From positions 76,708 to 140,707 of the forward strand of contig JAHJCO010000059.1 in NCBI GenBank assembly GCA_018831265.1: a stretch of 64,000 nucleotides of DNA, given 5' to 3'. Made by a program: the position numbers and the translations under genes. Source of the stretch: Actinomycetota bacterium (GTDB taxonomy: Bacteria > Actinomycetota > Geothermincolia > Fen-727 > Anoxymicrobiaceae). The notes under the pieces are model-generated. The model was not told the DNA's origin. It saw only the letters and a list, made by a program, of their open reading frames with translations, and made no database searches. Below, one piece after another: positions 1-8,388 of the stretch (position 1 is the first letter of the stretch; every line of letters begins with the position of its first letter).

Positions 1-2584
1 AAGCCACACAGTGGGCGGGGATGCGGACATGTTCGTCACCTGGGGCTCAGCAGATACGGGGAAAGCCGTCAGCGGCGTGTCCTTCATCAAGCCCGGTACC
101 GACGCCGGCCACGCCGTCGCCGTCGGTCCGGACGGCAACCCGGTGGTGGTGGGGACGACGTCAAACGGCTCGGACCTGGACCTGTACGCGGGCAAGTTCC
201 CCGCGGCGGGCGCCGGCACCGAGCTGTGGAAGATCCAGCTCGACGGCGGTGGCAACGACGTGTTGAACGGGGTCGCGGTCGGCGCCGACGGTAACCCCGT
301 GCTGGTGGGCCGCGTTTACGAAAGCGCGTCCGGTGACGACAACATCTGGATACGGTGCGTCGACGGGCAGAACGGGACGATGGTCTGGCAGCGGACCGTC
401 GACAGCGGAAAGGGAAACGACGTCGCCGACGCCGTGGCCGTGGGGCCCGACCTCTGCCCCGTGGTGGTGGGGGAGTACAACAGCGGGAGCACCATGGACA
501 TCTGGGTGCGCAAGTACGACGGCCAGGGGAACACGCTCTGGACCAGCATCATCCCGGGCGCCGTCGGCCACGACGCCGCCACGGGCGTTGCGATCGGCCT
601 GGACGGGGACCCCGTCGTCTGCGGTTACCTGCACAACGGGGCGGACACCGACACCTGGGTGATGAAGTACGATGGGCAGAACGGGCAGTCGCGCTGGTCG
701 AGGCTCATCGACAGCGGCAAGGGCTGGGACCAGGCCTTCGGCGTGGCGATCGGGCCGGACGGCAACCCGGTGGTAAGCGGCCACTTCGAGAGCGGGACCT
801 CGTGGGACCTGTGGGTGAACAAGTTCAGCGGCGCCACGGGCGGCACGGTCTGGAACCGCCTCACCAAGGGAGGGGTCGAGTGCAGCGGGCGCTCCATCTG
901 CTGCGATGCGACCGGAAACGTGATAGTCGCCGGGTACTGCACTGTGGGCACCACAAAGGATCTGATCGTCAAGAAGTACCCACCCGGTAAGTACACTTCA
1001 ATGACCACCGTCGGGTTCAAGAAGCCGGTGGAGAAGCAGGGCCAGGCGCTCTCGGGTTTCATGGAGAAGCCGGGCGCGAAGCACAAGGGGTCGGTCATCT
1101 ACCAGCTCTCCTCGAACGGGAAGGACTGGTACTACTACTCGAACGGCTGGAAGAAGGCCGCGGGCCCGGCGCAGTCCAACAGCGCCGGCGAGGTCGACCT
1201 GAGGATCGGCGACTTCGACCAGACCGCGGCATCGAAGCTGTACCTGCAGGCGTTCCTGCAGTCGAGCGGACTGGAGCAGGTGGAGCTGGACGCGGTCACG
1301 GTCTACCTGTCTCCGCCGGTCCCCAGCGGCAACAACGACCAGTGGTACCTGGCCGAGGGTTCGACCAACTGGGGGTTCTCGACCTACATCACGGTGCTGA
1401 ACCCCAACCCGAGCGCGGTGAACGCCGAGATAACCTACATGACCGGGACCGGCGCGGTGAGCGGCGGGACGGTCACGATGCCGGCGATGAGCCAGGCGAC
1501 CATAGACCCGGCGCAGGTGGTTCCCGCCACCGACTTCTCTACCAGGGTCCGCTGCGTGGAGGGCCTGCCGATAGCGGTCGACAGAACCATGTCCTGGACC
1601 GGAACGGGCGCCGCGGCCCCCGAGAGCCACTCGTCCATCGGGGTCACCTGGCCGAGCTGCGCGTGGTGCATGCCCGAGGGCTCCAGCGCCTGGGGCTTCG
1701 AGACCTGGACGCTCGTGCAGAACCCGAACCAGATCAACGCGCAGGTCAGCATAACCTACATGATGGAGAACGAAGCCCCGGTCATGGTGAACGATACGCT
1801 CCCGCCGCTCTCCCGGAGGACCTACAGCATGAAGGATCACATCGGGGAGAAGGACGCCTCCATCAAGGTGACCAGCGACGTCCCGGTCATCCCCGAGCGT
1901 GCCATGTACCGCAACAACCGGCGTGAGGGGCACGAGTCGATCCCCTGCGAGCTGCCCGGGTACGATTACTACCTGGCCGAGGGCTCTACCGCATGGGGTT
2001 TCACCACCTACCTGCTTATCCAGAACAACAACAAGGGGACGGCGGACGTAACGGTCACCTACATGACGTCGAACGGTCCGGTGATCCAGCCGACGTTCCA
2101 GATGCCCATGAGCTCCCGGAAGACGATAAGGGTGAACGATGTGCTCCCGAACGCGGACTTCTCCATCAAGGTCAGTTGCCCCGGCACGATAATAGCCGAG
2201 CGGGCCATGTACTGGAACTCGCCCACAGGCGAGGTGTGCCACGACTCGGTGGGGACAGCCGACGCACACACAACCTACCACCTGCCCGACGGCGATACCA
2301 CCAACGGAATCGAGACCTGGACCCTGGTCCAGAATCCCAACGGGAGCGACGTACAGGTAGAGGTGCAGTACCTGACGCCGGACGGCAAGGGCAACAAGTC
2401 GTTCACCGACACCGTACCAGCCAACTCCCGAAGGACATACTCGATGGCCGACCACATCACAAACGGGCGGGCAGGCATAGTGGTTACCTCGAAGACGGCG
2501 GGCGCGAAGATCATCGTCGAGAGGTCGATGTACTCCGACGGCCGGCAGGCCGGCACCGATACCATCGGGGGTTACAGGGACTGA
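1..2584 (+). CDS. Secreted repeat protein, 5'-partial (runs off window start): ~55-aa beta-propeller-like repeats followed by 4 copies of the ~110-aa 'YLAEG' module
   Basis: Frame is open to nt 2; no signal peptide, unlike the paralogs; repeated 'GVAVGPDGNPVV.G' blocks; four modules with WYLAEGST.WGF / LVQNPN / TYMT / ERAMYWN / GHDSIG motifs; paralog of 18080-20728, 50911-53784, 60341-61921. Confidence 0.75.
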   Translation, partial: SHTVGGDADMFVTWGSADTGKAVSGVSFIKPGTDAGHAVAVGPDGNPVVVGTTSNGSDLDLYAGKFPAAGAGTELWKIQLDGGGNDVLNGVAVGADGNPVLVGRVYESASGDDNIWIRCVDGQNGTMVWQRTVDSGKGNDVADAVAVGPDLCPVVVGEYNSGSTMDIWVRKYDGQGNTLWTSIIPGAVGHDAATGVAIGLDGDPVVCGYLHNGADTDTWVMKYDGQNGQSRWSRLIDSGKGWDQAFGVAIGPDGNPVVSGHFESGTSWDLWVNKFSGATGGTVWNRLTKGGVECSGRSICCDATGNVIVAGYCTVGTTKDLIVKKYPPGKYTSMTTVGFKKPVEKQGQALSGFMEKPGAKHKGSVIYQLSSNGKDWYYYSNGWKKAAGPAQSNSAGEVDLRIGDFDQTAASKLYLQAFLQSSGLEQVELDAVTVYLSPPVPSGNNDQWYLAEGSTNWGFSTYITVLNPNPSAVNAEITYMTGTGAVSGGTVTMPAMSQATIDPAQVVPATDFSTRVRCVEGLPIAVDRTMSWTGTGAAAPESHSSIGVTWPSCAWCMPEGSSAWGFETWTLVQNPNQINAQVSITYMMENEAPVMVNDTLPPLSRRTYSMKDHIGEKDASIKVTSDVPVIPERAMYRNNRREGHESIPCELPGYDYYLAEGSTAWGFTTYLLIQNNNKGTADVTVTYMTSNGPVIQPTFQMPMSSRKTIRVNDVLPNADFSIKVSCPGTIIAERAMYWNSPTGEVCHDSVGTADAHTTYHLPDGDTTNGIETWTLVQNPNGSDVQVEVQYLTPDGKGNKSFTDTVPANSRRTYSMADHITNGRAGIVVTSKTAGAKIIVERSMYSDGRQAGTDTIGGYRD

Positions 2585-2761
2585 CCAGTCTTCCGAAGCC
2601 TGCTGGGCGGAGAAGGCCCGGTCGTCCCCTGCGGACGGCCGGGTCTTTCTCGCTCACCTTCCGACGGGGTGGAGGACGCCAACGGCCGCCCGGCAGGAAC
2701 AGCCCCGTTTCCGTCAAATCATGCCTGCAGGACTAACTCGAGAGGACGGGAGGCGGTTTCT

Positions 2762-3055
2762 ATGACACTGCTACTGGACAGCATGAGCCGGTTTGCCGAC
2801 TGGGGACCGCACATGGACTTCGACGGGGGAGGCTGGTTCTGGATGGGCATCATGATGATCGTTGGGACCCTGCTGGTGATCGCGGTGATCTACATCATCA
2901 TCAGGGCGCTCCACCAGGAGGGCGTCTTGCGGGCTCAGCCTCCGGCGGCCGGCCCGACCGAGACCCCGATGGACATCACGAAGCGGCGGCTCGCCTCGGG
3001 AGAGATAACCGAGGAGGAGTTCGAGAAGATCAAGAACCGGCTCGGGAGTCCATGA
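2762..3055 (+). CDS. SHOCT-domain membrane protein
   Basis: GGGAGG RBS; one TM helix (WFWMGIMMIVGTLLVIAVIYIII); C-terminal 'SGEITEEEFEKIKNRL' SHOCT motif. Confidence 0.65.
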   Translation: MTLLLDSMSRFADWGPHMDFDGGGWFWMGIMMIVGTLLVIAVIYIIIRALHQEGVLRAQPPAAGPTETPMDITKRRLASGEITEEEFEKIKNRLGSP

Positions 3056-3494
3056 AGCAGGTATTGATGAGCCACTCCAGGACGTCGGCGCCGGCCTCGG
3101 AGACGACGCCCGGGTAGGTCGCTAGCGGCAGGGGGGGCCCGGCGGGCGGGATCGCCTTGAGCCGTACCTTGCACGAGAACCGGCGGGAGAGGTCCATGAG
3201 GTCGGCCCTGGTCAGGTACCGACAGTAGGCCGAGGACCTGAACCAGGTCAGCCAGGGCACGATCTCTATGGTGACGGACCTGCCACCTATCTCCACGGCG
3301 ATCCTGGAGAACGGGGCCGCGGTCCCGGTAAGCAACCTCACCAGTGCGGAGCGCCCGGTGATCATCCTCTCGCCCTTCCTCTGCCCCCGCCTTACGAGCG
3401 CCCGGGCCCAGGCCGCGAGCAACCGCGACGGGCACACCGCTATCCCGGCCCTGGCAGAGCCGATCATCGCCGCCCGCTGGACACGCAAGTCCAA
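3030..3494 (-). CDS. Hypothetical protein (uncertain coding status)
   Basis: Only sizeable ORF in a 460-bp gap; no recognisable motifs; AGG/ATA-rich codon usage atypical for this genome. Confidence 0.2.
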   Translation of the reverse strand: MDLRVQRAAMIGSARAGIAVCPSRLLAAWARALVRRGQRKGERMITGRSALVRLLTGTAAPFSRIAVEIGGRSVTIEIVPWLTWFRSSAYCRYLTRADLMDLSRRFSCKVRLKAIPPAGPPLPLATYPGVVSEAGADVLEWLINTCFMDSRAGS

Positions 3495-3512
3495 GCACCT
3501 CCTCCCAGCAGA

Positions 3513-3597
3513 AGTGTAGCAAAAGGGTCAGGCACTTTTGCTACACTCTTGCCACAGGAACAGCACGTGCAAAAGGGTCAGGCACTTGTGCACATGA
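3513..3597. repeat. Two REP-like hairpins (stem ...GTAGCAAAAG / loop GGTCAGGCA / CTTTTGCTAC...)
   Basis: agtgtagcaaaag-ggtcaggca-cttttgctacact and gtgcaaaag-ggtcaggca-cttgtgcac; GTAG tetranucleotide 5' of stem. Confidence 0.8.
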
Positions 3598-3618
3598 TCA
3601 ACTGTCTGGGGTGAGAAG

Positions 3619-3981
3619 ATGGTCAGGATAATAGACCGGCCGGCCGAGGTTCTCGCGGAAGGGAACCCGCCCAAGAAGATCCTCGAGTTCGCCGGCCGGG
3701 TGAGCTCGGGTAGTAAGGATATCAGCATCGCGCTGATGAGGAGCCCGGGTGGCTGGACAGAGCCGGGACAGACGCCGGAGTTCGCAGAGTACTCGGTCGT
3801 CCTTGAAGGGATGCTGCGTGTCACCACCAGGGACGGCACTCATGACGTGCGCAAGGGACAGGCCGTGATCGTCGAGAGCGGCGAATGGGTCCAGTACGGT
3901 ACTCCGCTGCCGGAGGGTGCCGAGTACATCTCGGTATGCGTCCCCCCGTTTTCAGCCGATACAGTCCACCGCGACCCGTGA
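3619..3981 (+). CDS. Cupin-domain protein
   Basis: Small single-domain protein; two-His/Glu cupin-like beta-barrel pattern (TEPGQTPEFAEYSVVLEG...VIVESGEWVQY); flanked on both sides by REP hairpins. Confidence 0.55.
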   Translation: MVRIIDRPAEVLAEGNPPKKILEFAGRVSSGSKDISIALMRSPGGWTEPGQTPEFAEYSVVLEGMLRVTTRDGTHDVRKGQAVIVESGEWVQYGTPLPEGAEYISVCVPPFSADTVHRDP

Positions 3982-4035
3982 TGTAGCAGCAGTGTAGCAA
4001 AAGTAGCAAAAGGGTCAGGCACTTTTGCTACATCC
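3982..4035. repeat. REP-like hairpin(s), GTAGCAAAAG-GGTCAGGCA-CTTTTGCTAC
   Basis: tgtagcagcagtgtagcaaaagtagcaaaagggtcaggcacttttgctacat. Confidence 0.8.
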
Positions 4036-4045
4036 GGGTCTTTTC

Positions 4046-5998
4046 CTAGAAGAAGCGTACCGCGACCTGGGTGGAGAAGATCCAGGCGAAGGCGAGTCCC
4101 ATCAAAAGGGAGGATGAGGCGACCCCGTAGCCCCGGCGGCGGAAGAACAGCGTTAGCACCGAAGCCGGGATGAAAGCCACGAAGCCGATGACGGCGACCA
4201 CCGGCACCAGCGGGACCCTGGTGTGCGGCACAAGCCCTCCGATGAGCAGGAACGGGTTGAAGGCGAACGGGATGAAGGCGACGCCCAGACCAATGCCGCG
4301 CACCCCTGCCTCGGCCAGGACGTAGGTGACGCGTCTGCGCCGCGTCTCCAGGTCGGTCCAGCGGGGCAGCAGGAACGCGTGGAAGAAGTGACCTGATACG
4401 TACAGGTAAGCCGCCGTGACGCCCGCCAGGACCAGGAACCAGCCTATCGATATCGGGACACCCCGCGGCAGGAACAGCGCGTACGCCGTCGGCGAGTAGA
4501 GCAGGGCGAAGACCGCGAATGGGACCAGCCCGACGAACGCGACCGCCCCCGCCCCCAGGGTCTCGGGCTCTTCCTCGCCCCGCCCCCGCTTCATCCACGC
4601 GGATGGCCTGGGCCATGCGCTTGCCGGTGCCAGCTTCCATCGCCGCTCGAGCATGGCCAGCAGCACAAAGGCCGAGAGCATGACCAGCACCTGCCCCGCC
4701 GCTACGCCCGCAAGCACATCGGGGCCGAGTATCAGGGGTAGGGAAGAGAACGGGATGAAGGCGCCCAGCCCGAGCACGCCGACAAGAGGCAGCGCGGCAA
4801 GGGACGCGGCGAGATATACGAGGGTACAACCGAGCGCAACGATGCCGTAGTCCCGCTTGCGGTCCGGGGTCGGCTCAGGGGCCCACCTCTTACGGCCCTC
4901 ACCGAACGCGTGCCTGCCGGCGTACAGGCAGGCGAGCGCCACCAGCAGGAAGCCGAGCATGACCATCGCCTGGAAGAGGGCGCGCATTATGGGGGTGCGG
5001 GTCGCGGGCGCGGGCGCCTTCAGGTCGAAAGCCCGGAATATCCAGGAGTAGACCGCCGTCCAGACCGCGGGGCTGGTCATCTCGCTGAAGTGGGTGTCCT
5101 TAGTCACCACGAACTTACGGGCTGTGCCGTCCTCGAACGACCCGTAGGTACGACCCGGGACCACCCCGGGCAGACCCGCCGCCAGCGCTACCACCTTCTC
5201 CTGCTCCTCGACAGAGGTCAGCTCGTCGTTGGAGCCGATGACCAGAAGGAAGTTCGGCGGTCTGTCGGCGGTGATGGTGTCGGCGAAGTCCCTGTCGTCC
5301 ACGTCGGCCTCCGAGTGGACGTCGAAGGCATGGGAGACCGCCAGGTGCTTCCAGAGCCTGCCGATGAAGCCATCCGCGCCGCCGTACTGGCGCTCCATTG
5401 CGCTGCGGACGCTCGTCGAGCTGTAGACCGCGGCGACGGCCTTTATCTCCTCGTCAGGCTGGAGTATCCCGGCACGTGTCGATGTGACCCCACCGCGCGA
5501 GTGACCGGTGATCGCTATCCTGTCCGCGTCCACCCCCGGGAGCGAGCGTAGGTAGGTGACCGCCCCCAGGGCGTCCATGGCCTCCGAGTAGTTCTGGTCG
5601 GCGGCTCCACCGGTGCTGCCATGCCCCCGAAGGTCGATGTCGAGCACCATCACCCCGCGCCGTGCGAGCTCGCGGGCCGGCTCGAAGTAGGCCTCCTTGG
5701 ACTGGGTGAACCCGTGGCAGAAGATGACCGCCGGGGTCGGGCTCGCGACCGGGTCGTCGGGGGTGATGAGGAGCCCGCTCACCTTCCGGGCCGGTGACTC
5801 GAATCCCTCGGTGGAGATGCCCACCCGGCGGATGGAGACGTCCGGGAAGGTCAGCAGGGCGGCCCCGAGGATCCCAATCGCCGCGACGACGAGCCCGACG
5901 ACGAGCGAGACCATGGCCCGCTTCTTCAGCTTCGGAGCGGCCGCTCCTTTTCTCTGCGGTACCGCCGCGCACTCTTCCTTTGCCACATCATCCATCAA
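4046..5998 (-). CDS. Alpha/beta-hydrolase (dienelactone hydrolase/S9-like) fused to C-terminal polytopic membrane domain
   Basis: N-terminal TM anchor; 'VIFCHGF', nucleophile elbow 'GHSRGG'; C-terminal ~300 aa with ~8-9 hydrophobic helices. Confidence 0.7.
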   Translation of the reverse strand: MMDDVAKEECAAVPQRKGAAAPKLKKRAMVSLVVGLVVAAIGILGAALLTFPDVSIRRVGISTEGFESPARKVSGLLITPDDPVASPTPAVIFCHGFTQSKEAYFEPARELARRGVMVLDIDLRGHGSTGGAADQNYSEAMDALGAVTYLRSLPGVDADRIAITGHSRGGVTSTRAGILQPDEEIKAVAAVYSSTSVRSAMERQYGGADGFIGRLWKHLAVSHAFDVHSEADVDDRDFADTITADRPPNFLLVIGSNDELTSVEEQEKVVALAAGLPGVVPGRTYGSFEDGTARKFVVTKDTHFSEMTSPAVWTAVYSWIFRAFDLKAPAPATRTPIMRALFQAMVMLGFLLVALACLYAGRHAFGEGRKRWAPEPTPDRKRDYGIVALGCTLVYLAASLAALPLVGVLGLGAFIPFSSLPLILGPDVLAGVAAGQVLVMLSAFVLLAMLERRWKLAPASAWPRPSAWMKRGRGEEEPETLGAGAVAFVGLVPFAVFALLYSPTAYALFLPRGVPISIGWFLVLAGVTAAYLYVSGHFFHAFLLPRWTDLETRRRRVTYVLAEAGVRGIGLGVAFIPFAFNPFLLIGGLVPHTRVPLVPVVAVIGFVAFIPASVLTLFFRRRGYGVASSSLLMGLAFAWIFSTQVAVRFF

Positions 5999-6043
5999 GA
6001 TCCGGTACTCCCCCAGTGGGCCACGCGATCTGGATGCAAAAGG

Positions 6044-6511
6044 CTACCCGCGTTCCACCCGCTTCTTCAGGTCGCTCAGCGCCGAGTTCATGACGCGTTT
6101 GTCCACCGACTTCAGGAGACGCTTCGTGACCGGGTTCATCAGCGCCCTGGGGATGGAGTAAGAGACGTCGTAGTGGTAGGTGACCTCGGTGCGGTCGTCG
6201 TCAAGGGGCTCGAACTCGTAGTAGGAGTTGCAGTCGTCCAGGTCGCCCTCGACATAGCCCATGTCGATGCGGTCGGCCTTGTCGTCATACGAGTAGGACA
6301 GGACGTAGGATATCTTGCGCAGGATGATGTCCACCGTGTAGCGGACCTGGGTGCCCCGCTTCTTCTTGTCCCGCTTGAGCACCTCCATGGCCTCGACGCC
6401 GCCCATCCAGTCCGGGTAGGACTCGAAGTCGAGCAGGACGCTCTTTATGTCGTCCACGCCCGCGTTGATGGTGATCGAATCGGTGAGGCCCGCGCTGGTT
6501 GTATCCGCCAT
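6044..6511 (-). CDS. SRPBCC (polyketide cyclase/START-like) family protein
   Basis: ~150-aa protein with alternating beta/alpha pattern typical of Polyketide_cyc2; likely start MADTTSAG. Confidence 0.5.
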   Translation of the reverse strand: MADTTSAGLTDSITINAGVDDIKSVLLDFESYPDWMGGVEAMEVLKRDKKKRGTQVRYTVDIILRKISYVLSYSYDDKADRIDMGYVEGDLDDCNSYYEFEPLDDDRTEVTYHYDVSYSIPRALMNPVTKRLLKSVDKRVMNSALSDLKKRVERG

Positions 6512-6524
6512 CTCATCCTCCTGA

Positions 6525-6659
6525 CTAGAGTAGGGGTCAGGCACTATTCTATTCATTTCCCTGATAAGTCCGCCACCGGGGCCGTGACTTGACTGGTGCC
6601 TGACCCCTACTCTAGTCGACCCCTACTCTAGTCATGTGACTTGAATCCCGCCTGGCACC
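6525..6659. repeat. MITE/REP-like element with perfect 20-bp terminal inverted repeats (ctagagtaggggtcaggcac ... gtgcctgacccctactctag) plus partial duplicate
   Basis: Perfect TIRs at 6525-6544 and 6596-6615; shares GGGGTCAGGCAC core with other elements. Confidence 0.8.
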
Positions 6660-6714
6660 GATTTATTCAGAGTTATTAGTTATAATGCTGGGACCTCGCG
6701 AAAAGGAGACATGG

Positions 6715-7638
6715 ATGAACGCTCCCGCCGTCAGCGGGATACTGGGCCTGGTCGGGGACACCCCCGTGGTGGAGATCGCCCGGCTCAACCCCAACCCGAG
6801 GGTGCGGATACTGGCCAAGCTCGAGGGGTACAACCCGTGCAGCTCGGTCAAGGACCGCATCGCCCTCTACATGATCGAGGGCGCCGAGGAGCGGGGCGAT
6901 CTCGAGGGCGGTATGACCATCCTGGAGCCGACCAGCGGCAACACCGGCATCGGCCTGGCCATGGTCGCCTCGGTGAAGGGCTACAAGCTGAAGATAATCA
7001 TGCCCGAGACCATGAGCGTGGAGCGCCAGCAGGCCCTCAAGGCGTTCGGGGCCGAGCTGGTCCTCACCCCCGGCGAGGAGGGGATGAACGGGGCTATCGA
7101 GCTCGGGCGCATGATGGGGCGCGAGGCGAAGTACTACATGCCCGACCAGTTCACCAACCCCGATAACGTACGGGCGCACTACGAGGGGACCGGCCGCGAG
7201 CTGCTCCAGCAGACCGACAGCGTGGACATGCTGGTCGCGGGTATCGGCACCGGGGGCACCCTGATGGGTGTCTCGAGGCGGCTGCGCGAGCGCGACCCCG
7301 GGATGAAGGTGGTCGCCGTAGAGCCCTTCCCGAACTCCCGCATCCAGGGCCTGCGCAACCTGGGAGACTACATGCCGCCCATATTCGACATCTCGGTCCT
7401 CGACGAGAAGCTGAACGTCGACGACCGTTCGGCCTTCACCATGGCGCAGGCGCTGGTGAAGGACGAGGGGCTCTTCGTGGGCATCTCCTCTGGGGCGGCT
7501 ATGTGCGAGGCGAGGCACCAGGCGACAAAGATGGACGGCGGCACCATCGTGGTCGTCTTCCCGGACCGAGGCGACCGCTACCTCTCCACGGAGTGCTTCA
7601 GCCACCAGCGCAGCGACGTGCCCACCGAGGGCATCTGA
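6715..7638 (+). CDS. cysK: Cysteine synthase (O-acetylserine sulfhydrylase), PLP-dependent
   Basis: AGGAG RBS 6 nt upstream of the ATG; 'SSVKDR' PLP-lysine motif, 'TSGNTGIGLA', 'GIGTGGT' glycine-rich loop. Confidence 0.9.
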   Translation: MNAPAVSGILGLVGDTPVVEIARLNPNPRVRILAKLEGYNPCSSVKDRIALYMIEGAEERGDLEGGMTILEPTSGNTGIGLAMVASVKGYKLKIIMPETMSVERQQALKAFGAELVLTPGEEGMNGAIELGRMMGREAKYYMPDQFTNPDNVRAHYEGTGRELLQQTDSVDMLVAGIGTGGTLMGVSRRLRERDPGMKVVAVEPFPNSRIQGLRNLGDYMPPIFDISVLDEKLNVDDRSAFTMAQALVKDEGLFVGISSGAAMCEARHQATKMDGGTIVVVFPDRGDRYLSTECFSHQRSDVPTEGI

Positions 7639-7665
7639 CCGGCAGGGCCGCTCGCCCTATCCGAG

Positions 7666-7845
7666 TCAGAATTCCTCGATGGAGTCCAGCTCTTCTTCGT
7701 CCTCGACGCGGAAGTCCGCCTCGCAGGGAACCAGGAATCCGCAGTTGGAACAGACCTCACCCATCTCGGAGAGGTCGAGCTCCACGCCGCAGTTTGGACA
7801 GGCCAGCATCCCCATCAACTCCCCGCTGCTCGCCGTCCGGACCAT
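7666..7845 (-). CDS. Small Zn-ribbon protein (LysW-like pattern, acidic C-terminal tail); not in ORF track (59 aa)
   Basis: MVRTASSGELMGMLACPNCGVELDLSEMGEVCSNCGFLVPCEADFRVEDEEELDSIEEF; CPxCG...CSxCG zinc ribbon. Confidence 0.5.
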   Translation of the reverse strand: MVRTASSGELMGMLACPNCGVELDLSEMGEVCSNCGFLVPCEADFRVEDEEELDSIEEF

Positions 7846-7866
7846 TGTACTACCATCCGTGGGATC

Positions 7867-8283
7867 CTATGACCCCCGGGTGGTATCGTCCGTCTCCGCG
7901 CGGCCTTCAGCCTTCTTCAGGTCCGCCAGGGGCAAGACTGAAAAGCCGAGCTCGCCGAGGACCTCTACCGCCCGGTTGGGGTCCTCGACGGTGAAGCCGA
8001 TACGGGTCCAGCGGTCCTTCTTCGTGATGAGGAACATCTTGTCCCTCCTGTGCCTCCGGTAGTCCTTTGGGCACCAGGTCCGAAAGTCGCCGGACCCCCA
8101 GTACCGGTACTTACCGCTCCACCACGCGGGCACCCACCAGTAAACGCCCTCGATCTCAGCGAGAGGCATGGTCTTGTCCCCGCGGGGGAAGTAGTAGTCG
8201 CGAAAGGTGATCGAGTCGCCTCGGATCTCGACGAGGTTGTCTGAGTACACGGTCTCGCCCGCGGTCGATTCGGAGTCGCCCAT
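7867..8283 (-). CDS. Hypothetical protein
   Basis: ORF beginning MGDSESTAGETVYSDNL...; the longer track ORF to 8676 lacks support upstream. Confidence 0.4.
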   Translation of the reverse strand: MGDSESTAGETVYSDNLVEIRGDSITFRDYYFPRGDKTMPLAEIEGVYWWVPAWWSGKYRYWGSGDFRTWCPKDYRRHRRDKMFLITKKDRWTRIGFTVEDPNRAVEVLGELGFSVLPLADLKKAEGRAETDDTTRGS

Positions 8284-8388
8284 TTCAAACCCCCGGTGTC
8301 GAGATGATTGTACCACGGGCCCTGGACGGCCGCAGTCAGAACGATTGACCGTTTGCTTGTTTTGCTCTATCATCGTAGCAGAACAAGC

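Noticed and set aside
3030-3494. 154-aa minus-strand ORF as a transposase/ATPase fragment
   Set aside because: No recognisable motifs and unusual AGG/ATA codon usage. Kept only as a low-confidence hypothetical.
6633-6690. Sigma70-like promoter for cysK (TTGAAT ... TATAAT)
   Set aside because: Spacing between the two hexamers is ~41 bp. Only the TATAAT at 6681-6686 is plausible, so it is not called.
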